A stretch of DNA of 40,245 nucleotides from a virus (Duplodnaviria; Caudoviricetes), in the IMG/VR virus record IMGVR_UViG_3300025018_000269, positions 1 through 40,245 of that record; one strand, 5' to 3'. Numbering within the stretch: position 1 is the stretch's first letter; every line of letters starts with the position of its first letter. Positions 7,071-15,130 of the stretch are shown here, piece by piece. Under the pieces are notes generated by a model. It saw only the letters and a program-made list of their open reading frames with translations. It was not told the DNA's origin and ran no database searches. Both the position numbers and the translations under genes were made by a program.

Positions 7071-7387
7071 TGCATCGACCCATCTTCTTTGGCGATGCGC
7101 GAAGCCGCCCGTAACCCCACATCAACGCCGGCGTCGAAATTGCGAGCGATCATACGCTTAACCTTCTTTTTCGCGGCCAGGTCATTCGTCTGCAACCCTC
7201 CAGCCACAGCTATACCGAATTGTGTACCGATATAGATCGCGGCTGCAGTCATGCAAAACGACAGGTGCAGTTCAATATCATCGGCACGTTCGGAGTGCGT
7301 TGCGGCGCGGATCTTCTCGACTATCTCGAAAATCTGGTCCTTTTGCTCATCTTCGGCAAGATGCACACCCGGTTTGAGGCCCATCAT
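7067..7387 (-). CDS. Hypothetical protein
   Basis: Start MMGLKPG overlaps the stop of the ATPase gene; ATGA overlap with the ASCH gene. Confidence 0.65.
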   Translation of the reverse strand: MMGLKPGVHLAEDEQKDQIFEIVEKIRAATHSERADDIELHLSFCMTAAAIYIGTQFGIAVAGGLQTNDLAAKKKVKRMIARNFDAGVDVGLRAASRIAKEDGSMQ

Positions 7388-9072
7388 CTCTCTCCCGGCA
7401 GCGGCTTGGCCAAGTTGAGCAGCCCGTTCTGTTCCGTAACGATGCCGTTGCGCAGCAGCTGCGAGAGGCTGTTGTTCCAATGCCCGCCCTTTGCGGCGAC
7501 ACCGAGCTTCTCTGCCAGTTCCTGCCTGGACATGTCCCGCCAAACATTCAGGACATCGATCATGTCGGGCACTCGGGCAGTCAGAACCCCTTTCCACAGT
7601 GAAATAGCTTCATCCCGCGTCATGCCGTCCTTCGGATCATCGGCTGAATAGACCAGGTTGCCGTCTTCCCTGATAAGGCCGCTCTCCCGCATACCCTTGC
7701 GAGCGGCATTGAAGTTCCCGCCACGGGACTTGTTCCCGATCATGGCAGCAAGGCTGGCCCAGGTAACCTTTGCCGGCGCGATGCGCTCGAGCATATCTAT
7801 CATCTTCACCGCAGCGGCGTTGAGATTGATTGCTTCTGGCGCGGGCCGGTCTTCTGTCCGGGGAGATGTCCTATCCGGGGGGGATCCGCTTATTGTGCTG
7901 GTAGGGAAGCAGTCCCGGCTAGGATCCTTCTCTATATCGACGCCGATGGTCTTTTCAATGGCCAAGGCCCTGCCGACGGGCTTCCCGCCGACCTCCATGC
8001 CTTTGATCCGATCGGTGCACAGTGCGTCTGCCACCGGCCCCACAGGCCACTCATTCACGAGAATGCCGCGTATTTTCAGGCAAAACGCCTCATATACCTC
8101 GGTTTCCTTGGCCAATTCTGCGTTCAGCGCTTGCAGATCCGCAATCTTTGCATCCTTTTCTGCAAGAAAATTCTGCAATTCCCGGGAAGGCTGTGCCGGC
8201 GTGGCAGCGGAATCGTTCGTGGTCTCGGACGGTGGCGGCGGCGTAGCCAGCGCTGCGAGAACCTCTCTCAGGTCATCCGGTGCCGGCGGCGTCGATACCC
8301 GCGCCTGGCCGGACTCGATAATCGTCGTTTCAACCTCTCCGACGGTGAAAAGCACCGGGTCGAACGATATCGCAGGGCCCATGGCCCAGAATTGCCGCTT
8401 CTGGAGTTTCAGGGCCTCCTTCGCCTCGGTAGGCGTCATCCCCATCTGGTCCGCCATGTGCTTCTTGTCGAGGCTCTGCCCGACACGGCCCATGATCCAG
8501 TTGTTCAGGTCCCCGCGCACGTCCGGGTCCATCTTTGGCAGCCGCTGGGTAGCGATGACGGCCGTAAAGCCCCTCTTGCGTCCCTCGGCTGTGAGCCGGC
8601 CGATCGCCGCGCTGTCAAAGCGGTGGGCTTCGTCGATCACGATCAGGCAAGGGTGCCACAGGTCGCGCGGCGCGGTGATCAGGGCGTCGATGAACGTCGA
8701 AATGAACTCGCGCGCGCCCTCCCGGCCCAGGTCATTGATCTGGCAAATCATGGAGATGCCGTGCTCGAGCGCCGTCAGGGCGAGGGATTTCGCGTTCGCA
8801 TTGGTCGCGGCCGTGTCTCCGTCCTCTCCGCCGGCGATGACATAGTTGAATTTCTCGCGCAGGGTGTAAAATTCATCCTCGGAGTCGAGCACGATGTGCT
8901 GGATCTTCCCGTGCGTGGCCTCGAGCAGCTTGCGGATCAGGCCGGACTTGCCGGAACCTGAGTTTCCGACGATGCCCAGATGGGCGCCTACCAGCCGATT
9001 GACGTCGATATCTATTTCTGCGCCGTCGGCGACTGTTCCAAGGCATGCGAGGCTTTTCTGAGGCTCTGCCAT
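7384..9072 (-). CDS. HerA/FtsK-like ATPase (DUF87-type) with C-terminal helix-turn-helix-like repeats
   Basis: Walker A GNSGSGKS, Walker B LIVIDEAH, GRKRG, ATQR; two C-terminal K.GG.(F/W)N repeats. Confidence 0.85.
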   Translation of the reverse strand: MAEPQKSLACLGTVADGAEIDIDVNRLVGAHLGIVGNSGSGKSGLIRKLLEATHGKIQHIVLDSEDEFYTLREKFNYVIAGGEDGDTAATNANAKSLALTALEHGISMICQINDLGREGAREFISTFIDALITAPRDLWHPCLIVIDEAHRFDSAAIGRLTAEGRKRGFTAVIATQRLPKMDPDVRGDLNNWIMGRVGQSLDKKHMADQMGMTPTEAKEALKLQKRQFWAMGPAISFDPVLFTVGEVETTIIESGQARVSTPPAPDDLREVLAALATPPPPSETTNDSAATPAQPSRELQNFLAEKDAKIADLQALNAELAKETEVYEAFCLKIRGILVNEWPVGPVADALCTDRIKGMEVGGKPVGRALAIEKTIGVDIEKDPSRDCFPTSTISGSPPDRTSPRTEDRPAPEAINLNAAAVKMIDMLERIAPAKVTWASLAAMIGNKSRGGNFNAARKGMRESGLIREDGNLVYSADDPKDGMTRDEAISLWKGVLTARVPDMIDVLNVWRDMSRQELAEKLGVAAKGGHWNNSLSQLLRNGIVTEQNGLLNLAKPLPGER

Positions 9073-9092
9073 CAATTTTCCTTCCTGTTCGA

Positions 9093-9677
9093 TTATTTGG
9101 CCCAGAATCCCCGGTCCAGTTCCAAGGTTTTCGTCGCATAGTCATGCGCGCCGGCAACGTCTTCGCGTTCGAACCCGCTCACCATGATGATTGCCGCGGT
9201 TGGAGGTTTGACGGCGTGAATAGGGGTGTTTGGTACCGGAAATTGCGTGATACCCTGGTAATGCATCTCCGGATCCATGTGGATGGCCATGCCTGCCTTG
9301 AGTTCCACCGCTCCGATCGCGAAGGGCTGCGGCGCGACCAGTGGGCTGATTGGCGTCTCGATCACGGACCGGTTCGCCGGTCCCACCGGTGCGGTCATCA
9401 GCACCGGCCGGTTCTGGGCCTGCAGCACGAAATGGAAGATCCCGCCTGGCTTGTCGTCCCGGCCGCGACCGCTGAGATGGATAGATCCCATCCCGTGCAT
9501 AGCGACGTAGGACATTTGCGTGGGCGCGACATGCGTCGTGTGGATATTCCATGTCGCGAGGCGCTTGTCTGCGCTCTTCTCGATCCTCGCGATGATATCT
9601 TCCATGTCGGGGTGCATCGCGACCGGCCTGAACCATCCAATGCTGATTCCTGCCTGCTTTTTCAAGGGAGCTTCCAT
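9093..9677 (-). CDS. Hypothetical protein, possibly a cupin/double-stranded beta-helix fold
   Basis: Start MEAPLKK; beta-rich and His-rich (IFHFVLQA, ELKAGMAIHMDPEMHYQGI). Confidence 0.6.
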   Translation of the reverse strand: MEAPLKKQAGISIGWFRPVAMHPDMEDIIARIEKSADKRLATWNIHTTHVAPTQMSYVAMHGMGSIHLSGRGRDDKPGGIFHFVLQAQNRPVLMTAPVGPANRSVIETPISPLVAPQPFAIGAVELKAGMAIHMDPEMHYQGITQFPVPNTPIHAVKPPTAAIIMVSGFEREDVAGAHDYATKTLELDRGFWAK

Positions 9678-9988
9678 GTAATCTGCCTTTCCGTGGCTTC
9701 GTGTGGGAGATAGGTAAAAACGCCGATCCTCTTGCTGTCGGCGCCTATGCAAAACACGCGCAAGCGGTCATCCAGGCCGTCGACCCGCGCATTTCCTGAT
9801 ATCAGGGTGCTGATAGGCATGTATTGACCGGAATTCGGCTTCACGCCGCTGTAATGGTTGATGTCGCGGGCCAGAAAGAAGCCCATGCGCACATTGACGA
9901 TCGACAGCTTGCGCCGCCTGATTTCAGCCTGGATGGTCAGGATCGCATCCATGACAGCTTTCTGGTTCCGGGTTTCTGACACAATCAC
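9662..9988 (-). CDS. Hypothetical protein
   Basis: GTGA overlap with the HU gene; tiles in the operon. Confidence 0.55.
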   Translation of the reverse strand: MIVSETRNQKAVMDAILTIQAEIRRRKLSIVNVRMGFFLARDINHYSGVKPNSGQYMPISTLISGNARVDGLDDRLRVFCIGADSKRIGVFTYLPHEATERQITWKLP

Positions 9989-10236
9989 GACACCGTGTCC
10001 CGGAACCGCGTGATTGTCTTATCGGCAACCCTGACAGGCTCGCCGGTGCGAGGGTTTCGGGCCATTTTGCCCTTCCGAACAACCCTGTCGAAGATACCAA
10101 AGCCGGGGATGATGACCTTCCCCTGCCCCAGCGCGGCCGGCAACGCACCGAAAACGGTATCAATCATGCGCTCCGCTGCGGTCTTTTCGACATTTTCAGT
10201 CGCTGCGATCTGGTCGATCAGGCGGATCTTACTCAT
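9985..10236 (-). CDS. HU/IHF family DNA-binding protein
   Basis: MSKIRLIDQIA, IPGFGIF, ARNPRTGE signature. Confidence 0.92.
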   Translation of the reverse strand: MSKIRLIDQIAATENVEKTAAERMIDTVFGALPAALGQGKVIIPGFGIFDRVVRKGKMARNPRTGEPVRVADKTITRFRDTVS

Positions 10237-11410
10237 TTTCGGTCGTTCCTTCTTCTGAGGCATCTGTTTCTTCGATTTCTGGATCCGGATCACCTGGCTG
10301 GTCTTTCGAGACCCGGGCGGCTTCGTCGAGCGAGATATCGATAAGATCCTCGATCGCGGTGCGGCGCTTGGCTGGAAGGTTCTCGATTTCGACCCGGTAG
10401 GCGTCGTGGATGTTCTTGATCGCGACCGGATCTGCAGCGTTCTCTTCGAGATGGCCCTTGATTTCGAACTCGATCACATCCGGGACCCGGTTCGCCTTGC
10501 AGAACGTGGCGCGCGCGCTTTCCGTCTCCGCCACGAGCCGATCGTAAAGCTCTTCGCCGATCGCTGCCCGGTCTTTTTCCAATATCGTCAACCCGACATC
10601 GAAATTTGGCAACGCGGACACCGATGCAAGGTTTTGCATGTACCGGTCCTCATAGCTATCCGCTTGCTCCCCTCCATCGACGGCCGGCTCCGCAGTCTCC
10701 CGTTCCTGCTTGCGCGGCGGATCCTTGCGAACCTGTGTCTCGGCCGGCTCACCATCGACATCGCCCGCGTCGATCGTCTTGCCCTCCATCTCTTCCGCGG
10801 CATAGGTGTCGCCCAGTTCTTCCGGGAACGCGCGGCGCAGCGCGGCGGCTTCGGCGCATTTGTCGAGCATCTGGTACGGGTTCTCCTGCCAGCGGGTGTT
10901 AGGGACGCGGGTGCCGCCCAGTCCGGAACAAATCTCTGTCCAGAAGACTTTCGGCCCGACGAATGCACAGCGGGTATTGCCCATCATTTTATAGACCGTG
11001 ATCTGGGCATATTCCGGGTACCGGACATCCTTGGCGGAATAGGACTTGCCTGATCGGTTTGTACCCTTGAAGTCCCGGACCTTCTCCGGGCCGAACTCGG
11101 TCGCGTCAATGCCGGCATATGCCCCGGTGCGGTGAGCCGTGGTGCGAATCTCTGCGATCCCGGGCCAGACCGTTTCGACCTCGCGTTTCAGCTTCGAGTC
11201 GTACATCGGGACGATGTGCACCACGCGCTTGAAGATATCGAGATTGCGCTGCTTGCAATACTGGATTGCCATGAGCACGGCTTCGGGGGTTTGCGCCGAC
11301 GGGAAGATGGCGCCGACCAGGGTACCCCATTGCCGGCGATCGATGCCATAGTCAGACAGGTTCGCCGGCGCTGCGATGCGGTCGCCGTAGTTTGTGATTT
11401 CCTTACCCAT
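10229..11410 (-). CDS. Phage recombination protein Bet/RecT (single-strand annealing)
   Basis: YCKQRNLDIFKRVVHIVP, RTTAHRTGAYAG, W...PYQMLDKCAEAAALRRAFP. Confidence 0.9.
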   Translation of the reverse strand: MGKEITNYGDRIAAPANLSDYGIDRRQWGTLVGAIFPSAQTPEAVLMAIQYCKQRNLDIFKRVVHIVPMYDSKLKREVETVWPGIAEIRTTAHRTGAYAGIDATEFGPEKVRDFKGTNRSGKSYSAKDVRYPEYAQITVYKMMGNTRCAFVGPKVFWTEICSGLGGTRVPNTRWQENPYQMLDKCAEAAALRRAFPEELGDTYAAEEMEGKTIDAGDVDGEPAETQVRKDPPRKQERETAEPAVDGGEQADSYEDRYMQNLASVSALPNFDVGLTILEKDRAAIGEELYDRLVAETESARATFCKANRVPDVIEFEIKGHLEENAADPVAIKNIHDAYRVEIENLPAKRRTAIEDLIDISLDEAARVSKDQPGDPDPEIEETDASEEGTTENE

Positions 11411-11660
11411 TTGTGCTGTCCCCCTGCTCGGCCTGCAGGAAGTGGTGGAGCATCTCCCCGGTGGCGGTAAGTTCGCCCATCGGCGATACCCAGCCGGCCA
11501 CAACCATGTCATGGAGCGATCCCTGGTCAATCGACCGCGGCACGGACAGGAATTCTTTCGGTGCGCCGCTCACGCGCTGCAATTTCTCGGCATTGAGCAG
11601 CGCGTGCTTACAGTGAACGCCAAGGGCGTTGGCCAGCTTCTTTCTCGTATTATTATCCAT
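11403..11660 (-). CDS. Hypothetical protein (possible winged helix)
   Basis: AGGAG RBS; C-terminal AGWV...ELTATG motif. Confidence 0.6.
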   Translation of the reverse strand: MDNNTRKKLANALGVHCKHALLNAEKLQRVSGAPKEFLSVPRSIDQGSLHDMVVAGWVSPMGELTATGEMLHHFLQAEQGDSTNG

Positions 11661-11675
11661 GATCGTCTCCTTTGA

Positions 11676-12329
11676 CTATTGGCGGATTTGCGTCTGTTTC
11701 TCGGTGGTAACCATGATACCGTCGAACCGGTCTCCCTTTTCCACGTCGCGCTGCATTTCCTTGCGCAGCGCCTCCCGCACCGCCGGCCGGTTCAGGTACC
11801 GCTCGGGCAGCAGCTTCACATCCGTGATCTGGATCACGGTCTTGTCCCTGAGCGTGGCCTTGGCACCGCCGGTGCTGATCACGGTCGACCGCGCGCGCTT
11901 CACCGGCGGGCGGCTGGCGCCCGGCATTGGATCATCAATGGTTTGCTGCGCCTGCTCGAGCTTCTGGGCCTTTGCGAGCGCGTCCTGGTCGCGCTGGTAC
12001 TGGTTCAGCCGGGCCGTGATTTCCTGCTCGGCTTCAACCAGCTCATCGCGAATGCCGATGACGTGCGCATCGATCGCGGAAACCGCGTCGTTGTAAGGAG
12101 TGACCAGCTGGCCGCGGATCTGGCGCATCTGCTCCAGAACGGCCTTGATCTGCGCGATCAGGTCCGTCGCAGCGATGGAACTGTCCAGATCCAGCTTTTC
12201 CGGAACGCGGCCGTAGGAATCGAGCTTGCGCTGGGCGAGCCGGATGTTATCGGCGAACTGGTCCACCGCGTCCTCGCGCGCCTGGGTAGCCAGGGTGATG
12301 TCCTTGCTGTTGTCGCCGATCATGCTCAT
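11676..12329 (-). CDS. Coiled-coil phage protein (Gp157/Gam-like neighbour of the recombinase)
   Basis: Long helical region followed by ITDVKLLPERYL...DGI motif; lies next to Bet. Confidence 0.55.
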   Translation of the reverse strand: MSMIGDNSKDITLATQAREDAVDQFADNIRLAQRKLDSYGRVPEKLDLDSSIAATDLIAQIKAVLEQMRQIRGQLVTPYNDAVSAIDAHVIGIRDELVEAEQEITARLNQYQRDQDALAKAQKLEQAQQTIDDPMPGASRPPVKRARSTVISTGGAKATLRDKTVIQITDVKLLPERYLNRPAVREALRKEMQRDVEKGDRFDGIMVTTEKQTQIRQ

Positions 12330-12508
12330 AGCCACGTCTCCCGTATTTTCTGGATATGCTTGCTGACGATCGACACGTTCAGGCCGAGCTTCTTCGCTAT
12401 CTCCTTGCCGCGGATGCCGGGGTAGCGCTTGAGCATTTCCTCGATCGCTGCCCTGTTGCGCTCCCCGATCGCCTTGCCGTAGGCGCCGTTGTAGCGGTAC
12501 CGTCTCAT
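12326..12508 (-). CDS. Small helix-turn-helix protein
   Basis: YPGIRGKEIAKKLGLNVSIVSKHIQKI. Confidence 0.8.
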   Translation of the reverse strand: MRRYRYNGAYGKAIGERNRAAIEEMLKRYPGIRGKEIAKKLGLNVSIVSKHIQKIRETWL

Positions 12509-12520
12509 TGTCCCGCCTCG

Positions 12521-12853
12521 CTAGAAGGGTTCGGGAGCGGTGAGCCAGTCCGTTCTGCGGCCGGGATTGGCCCGGGGGTCGTCCGGCTCATGCTCAATTG
12601 CCCATGCCGTGCCTTCTGCATAATATCGGTAGTCATCTTCACTGATCGGGTCTCCAACACATTGCGGCCAGACACGATCAAAATCGATGTGCCGGCCGTT
12701 GCATTCCGCATTCCATGAAAGAGACCTGTCCATAACCTCGCGCGTATCTGGCTCGAGGGGTTGGCCGTACCAGATCCTGATACCAACCTTCTGGCCACCC
12801 TTTACGAGCGACATCTGGAAGAAACCGGCTTCTGGTCGTGCTATGCTTGTCAT
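12521..12853 (-). CDS. Hypothetical phage protein, first gene of the leftward arm
   Basis: Start MTSIARPEAGFF; globular composition with several Trp. Confidence 0.7.
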   Translation of the reverse strand: MTSIARPEAGFFQMSLVKGGQKVGIRIWYGQPLEPDTREVMDRSLSWNAECNGRHIDFDRVWPQCVGDPISEDDYRYYAEGTAWAIEHEPDDPRANPGRRTDWLTAPEPF

Positions 12854-13016
12854 ATTCACCCGTGCGTTTGCAACGAGGGTCATGTTGCAGAAAAAAACAT
12901 GCCGCGCAACCCAGAAACGCATTATTTTTACAGAAATGGTAAAAAAAGATGGTGAGTAACAATAAAAAATAAGAAGCCGTCTTGACAGGGCTGCTATAAA
13001 AAGACACTTGGCATTC
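12854..13016. promoter_or_regulatory. AT-rich divergent promoter region
   Basis: Strand switch point; A-tracts; TTGACA at 12982-12987; short inverted repeats (TGCAAC/GTTGCA, TTTTAC/GTAAAA). Confidence 0.65.
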
Positions 13017-13283
13017 ATGACTGACGAAACAACGGGTGCTCGCATAATTAGGAAACTGGGAGGCAACCGCGCCGAAATAGCGCGGATCCTTGGCTGGCCG
13101 GTGACCAAAGTGCGCAGCATAGAGAGCACGGGCCGCGTTCAGCCGCCCGATTATCAACACATCATTGACCGGGCTGCGAAGGCCGGGATCGAGATTTCGC
13201 CATATGACTATGTGGCGAATTTGAAAGCGGTGCCACCATCGGAGCCGCATAGTGAGAAGGAACCCGAATATGAGGGAAATTAG
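13017..13283 (+). CDS. Cro-like HTH transcriptional regulator
   Basis: IIRKLGGNRAEIARILGWPVTKVRSIESTGRV; first rightward gene; no obvious RBS, possibly leaderless. Confidence 0.75.
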   Translation: MTDETTGARIIRKLGGNRAEIARILGWPVTKVRSIESTGRVQPPDYQHIIDRAAKAGIEISPYDYVANLKAVPPSEPHSEKEPEYEGN

Positions 13284-13764
13284 CGACGAAGAAGAGGAAC
13301 GCATGGAGCCGGTGCCGCACACCCGGGCCAATGTTGCGGAGATTGCCAAGATCATCGACAAGAACGGCAAGATGTCTCACCTTGAGACTGCGCAGGGCAA
13401 GGCGATGGGCGCGGTTGGCGCTGAGTACAAGCGGATTGAAAAGGATTATCACGGCAATATAGCCGCGGTGAAGAAGATCCGGCAGCTCGCTGCCGGCAAG
13501 GTCGATGTCTGCTACGACTATATGCGGACGTTCATCCCGCTGGCGCGCGAGATGGGGCTGCTGCCGGATGATGACCTGGTCGACCGGTCCGAAGGCGAAA
13601 ACAAGGTTTCGTCCGCGCTCGACGCGAAGAAGTCATCAACTAAGGCTGGGAAAAAGGCCCCGGCCGAAGCCGGGGTCGGCGACACTCCCGCGAAAAAAAG
13701 CGTTGATGAATTCTACGACGCGAAGAAGGACGCGGATGTTCCCGCTGACGCGACTGTAAACTGA
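13270..13764 (+). CDS. Possible GapR/UPF0335-like DNA-binding protein
   Basis: Helical core (LETAQGKAMGAVGAEYKRIEK...AVKKIRQL...LAREMGL) resembles GapR by eye; low-complexity tail. Confidence 0.45.
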   Translation: MREISDEEEERMEPVPHTRANVAEIAKIIDKNGKMSHLETAQGKAMGAVGAEYKRIEKDYHGNIAAVKKIRQLAAGKVDVCYDYMRTFIPLAREMGLLPDDDLVDRSEGENKVSSALDAKKSSTKAGKKAPAEAGVGDTPAKKSVDEFYDAKKDADVPADATVN

Positions 13765-14387
13765 TGGATGCCGCACGGGGAGTCATCGCGTATGACATCG
13801 GCACGAACCTTGGATTTTCAGCCTACAGCCCAAAATTGAAGCGCCCCTATACGGGCGTGATCAGGCTCCCATCGGCGCGGACCGATGGGAGCATGGGGCC
13901 GACTTGGGACCTGATCTGGGAGCACGTCGCTTGGGCGGACCGCAATTTTGGTGGTCTGGGCGCAATCGGGTACGAGAATTTCCTCGTCCCGACCGGTGGC
14001 CGAAAGGATGACGCAACGTCATTCACGACCAGCCCGAAGACCATCAAGACGATGGTTGGCAGCGTTGCGACGATCGAGCATGCCGCCCAGGTTCTGGGAT
14101 TTGAAGCCACGCCTATCCATAATCAGAGCTGGCGCCGTTATTGGCTGGGCAAGCGAAAGTTCGGGGTCAAGCGCGAGATGTGGAAGGCGCTGAGCATCGT
14201 GAAGGCTCAGTCCGTGGGCGTGATGACCGATAACGACGACGAGTCCGACTCGCTGGGGCAGCTGCACTGGCTCCTGAACAAGCTCGAGATAATTCCCCCA
14301 TGGGATTTTGAAGCAGGAAACGACCTGGTCGAGCAGCTCAAGCAGGCGGAGAAATGGCTCAAGGACAATACCAAGGCGGGAAAATGA
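13764..14387 (+). CDS. RuvC-like Holliday junction resolvase
   Basis: VIAYDIGTNLGFS, IGYE, NDDESDSLG acidic catalytic pattern. Confidence 0.75.
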   Translation: MDAARGVIAYDIGTNLGFSAYSPKLKRPYTGVIRLPSARTDGSMGPTWDLIWEHVAWADRNFGGLGAIGYENFLVPTGGRKDDATSFTTSPKTIKTMVGSVATIEHAAQVLGFEATPIHNQSWRRYWLGKRKFGVKREMWKALSIVKAQSVGVMTDNDDESDSLGQLHWLLNKLEIIPPWDFEAGNDLVEQLKQAEKWLKDNTKAGK

Positions 14388-15130
14388 AGAAGAATCAGAA
14401 CACCAGTTCAGCCGTGATGGCGCAAAGAACCGAACCGGCGGACAGCCTCGACTATTTCCCGACGCCGCCATGGGCCGTGCGCGCGTTCCTTTTCTGGCTC
14501 AAGGGCGAGGGCATGATGAACCGGACAGACACGGCTTGGGAGCCGGCCTGCGGCGAGATGCACATGGTCCGCGGCATGCTGGATTATTTCGAAGACGTCC
14601 GGGCCAGCGATATTTTCGATTACAATGATCGGCCGCGGATTGCGCAGACAAACCTGCGGCATGAAATCATCGATTTCACAATCACCGGATGGACAGAGCC
14701 GAAGCGCGACTGGGTATTCACAAACCCGCCGTTCCGCATCGCAAAGCAGTTCATCATGACCGCGCTCAAGGTCGCAAAAAAGGGCGTGGCGATGTTCGTG
14801 CGGACCAGCTTTCTGGAGAGCGGTGACCGTCACCGCGATATATTCTCGCACAATCCGCCGGACTTCGTGGTAATCTACGCGGAGCGGGTCGTGCTGCTCA
14901 AGGGCCGACTGATCCAGGCTGGAAAACCAGATATTTTCAATCTCGACGAAAAAACCGGCCTTCCGCGCCGCGCATCAACCGCGACCAGCTATTGCGTCAT
15001 GGTGTGGCTAAAAGGAGGGGATGGCGACTCCCGGTTCCGCTGGATCCCTGAAAGCCGCCTGGTGTATGAAGCAGACGGCGATTATCCCGAATATACCCAA
15101 GCCGATGTGGATGCGTTTCATGCCGAGTGA
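14384..15130 (+). CDS. Orphan DNA amino-methyltransferase (probably N6-adenine)
   Basis: DYFPTP, WEPACGE (SAM binding), TNPPF (catalytic). Confidence 0.9.
   Translation: MKKNQNTSSAVMAQRTEPADSLDYFPTPPWAVRAFLFWLKGEGMMNRTDTAWEPACGEMHMVRGMLDYFEDVRASDIFDYNDRPRIAQTNLRHEIIDFTITGWTEPKRDWVFTNPPFRIAKQFIMTALKVAKKGVAMFVRTSFLESGDRHRDIFSHNPPDFVVIYAERVVLLKGRLIQAGKPDIFNLDEKTGLPRRASTATSYCVMVWLKGGDGDSRFRWIPESRLVYEADGDYPEYTQADVDAFHAE

Noticed and set aside
7658-8845. Long antisense ORFs (also 989-1894, 26199-27341, 29013-30452, 33081-34106, 37884-39065)
   Set aside because: Shadow frames of GC-rich genes with clear motifs on the opposite strand.
12521-13129. 202-aa version of the first leftward ORF
   Set aside because: The extension crosses the AT-rich divergent promoter region and the Cro-like gene; the start at 12853 is preferred.
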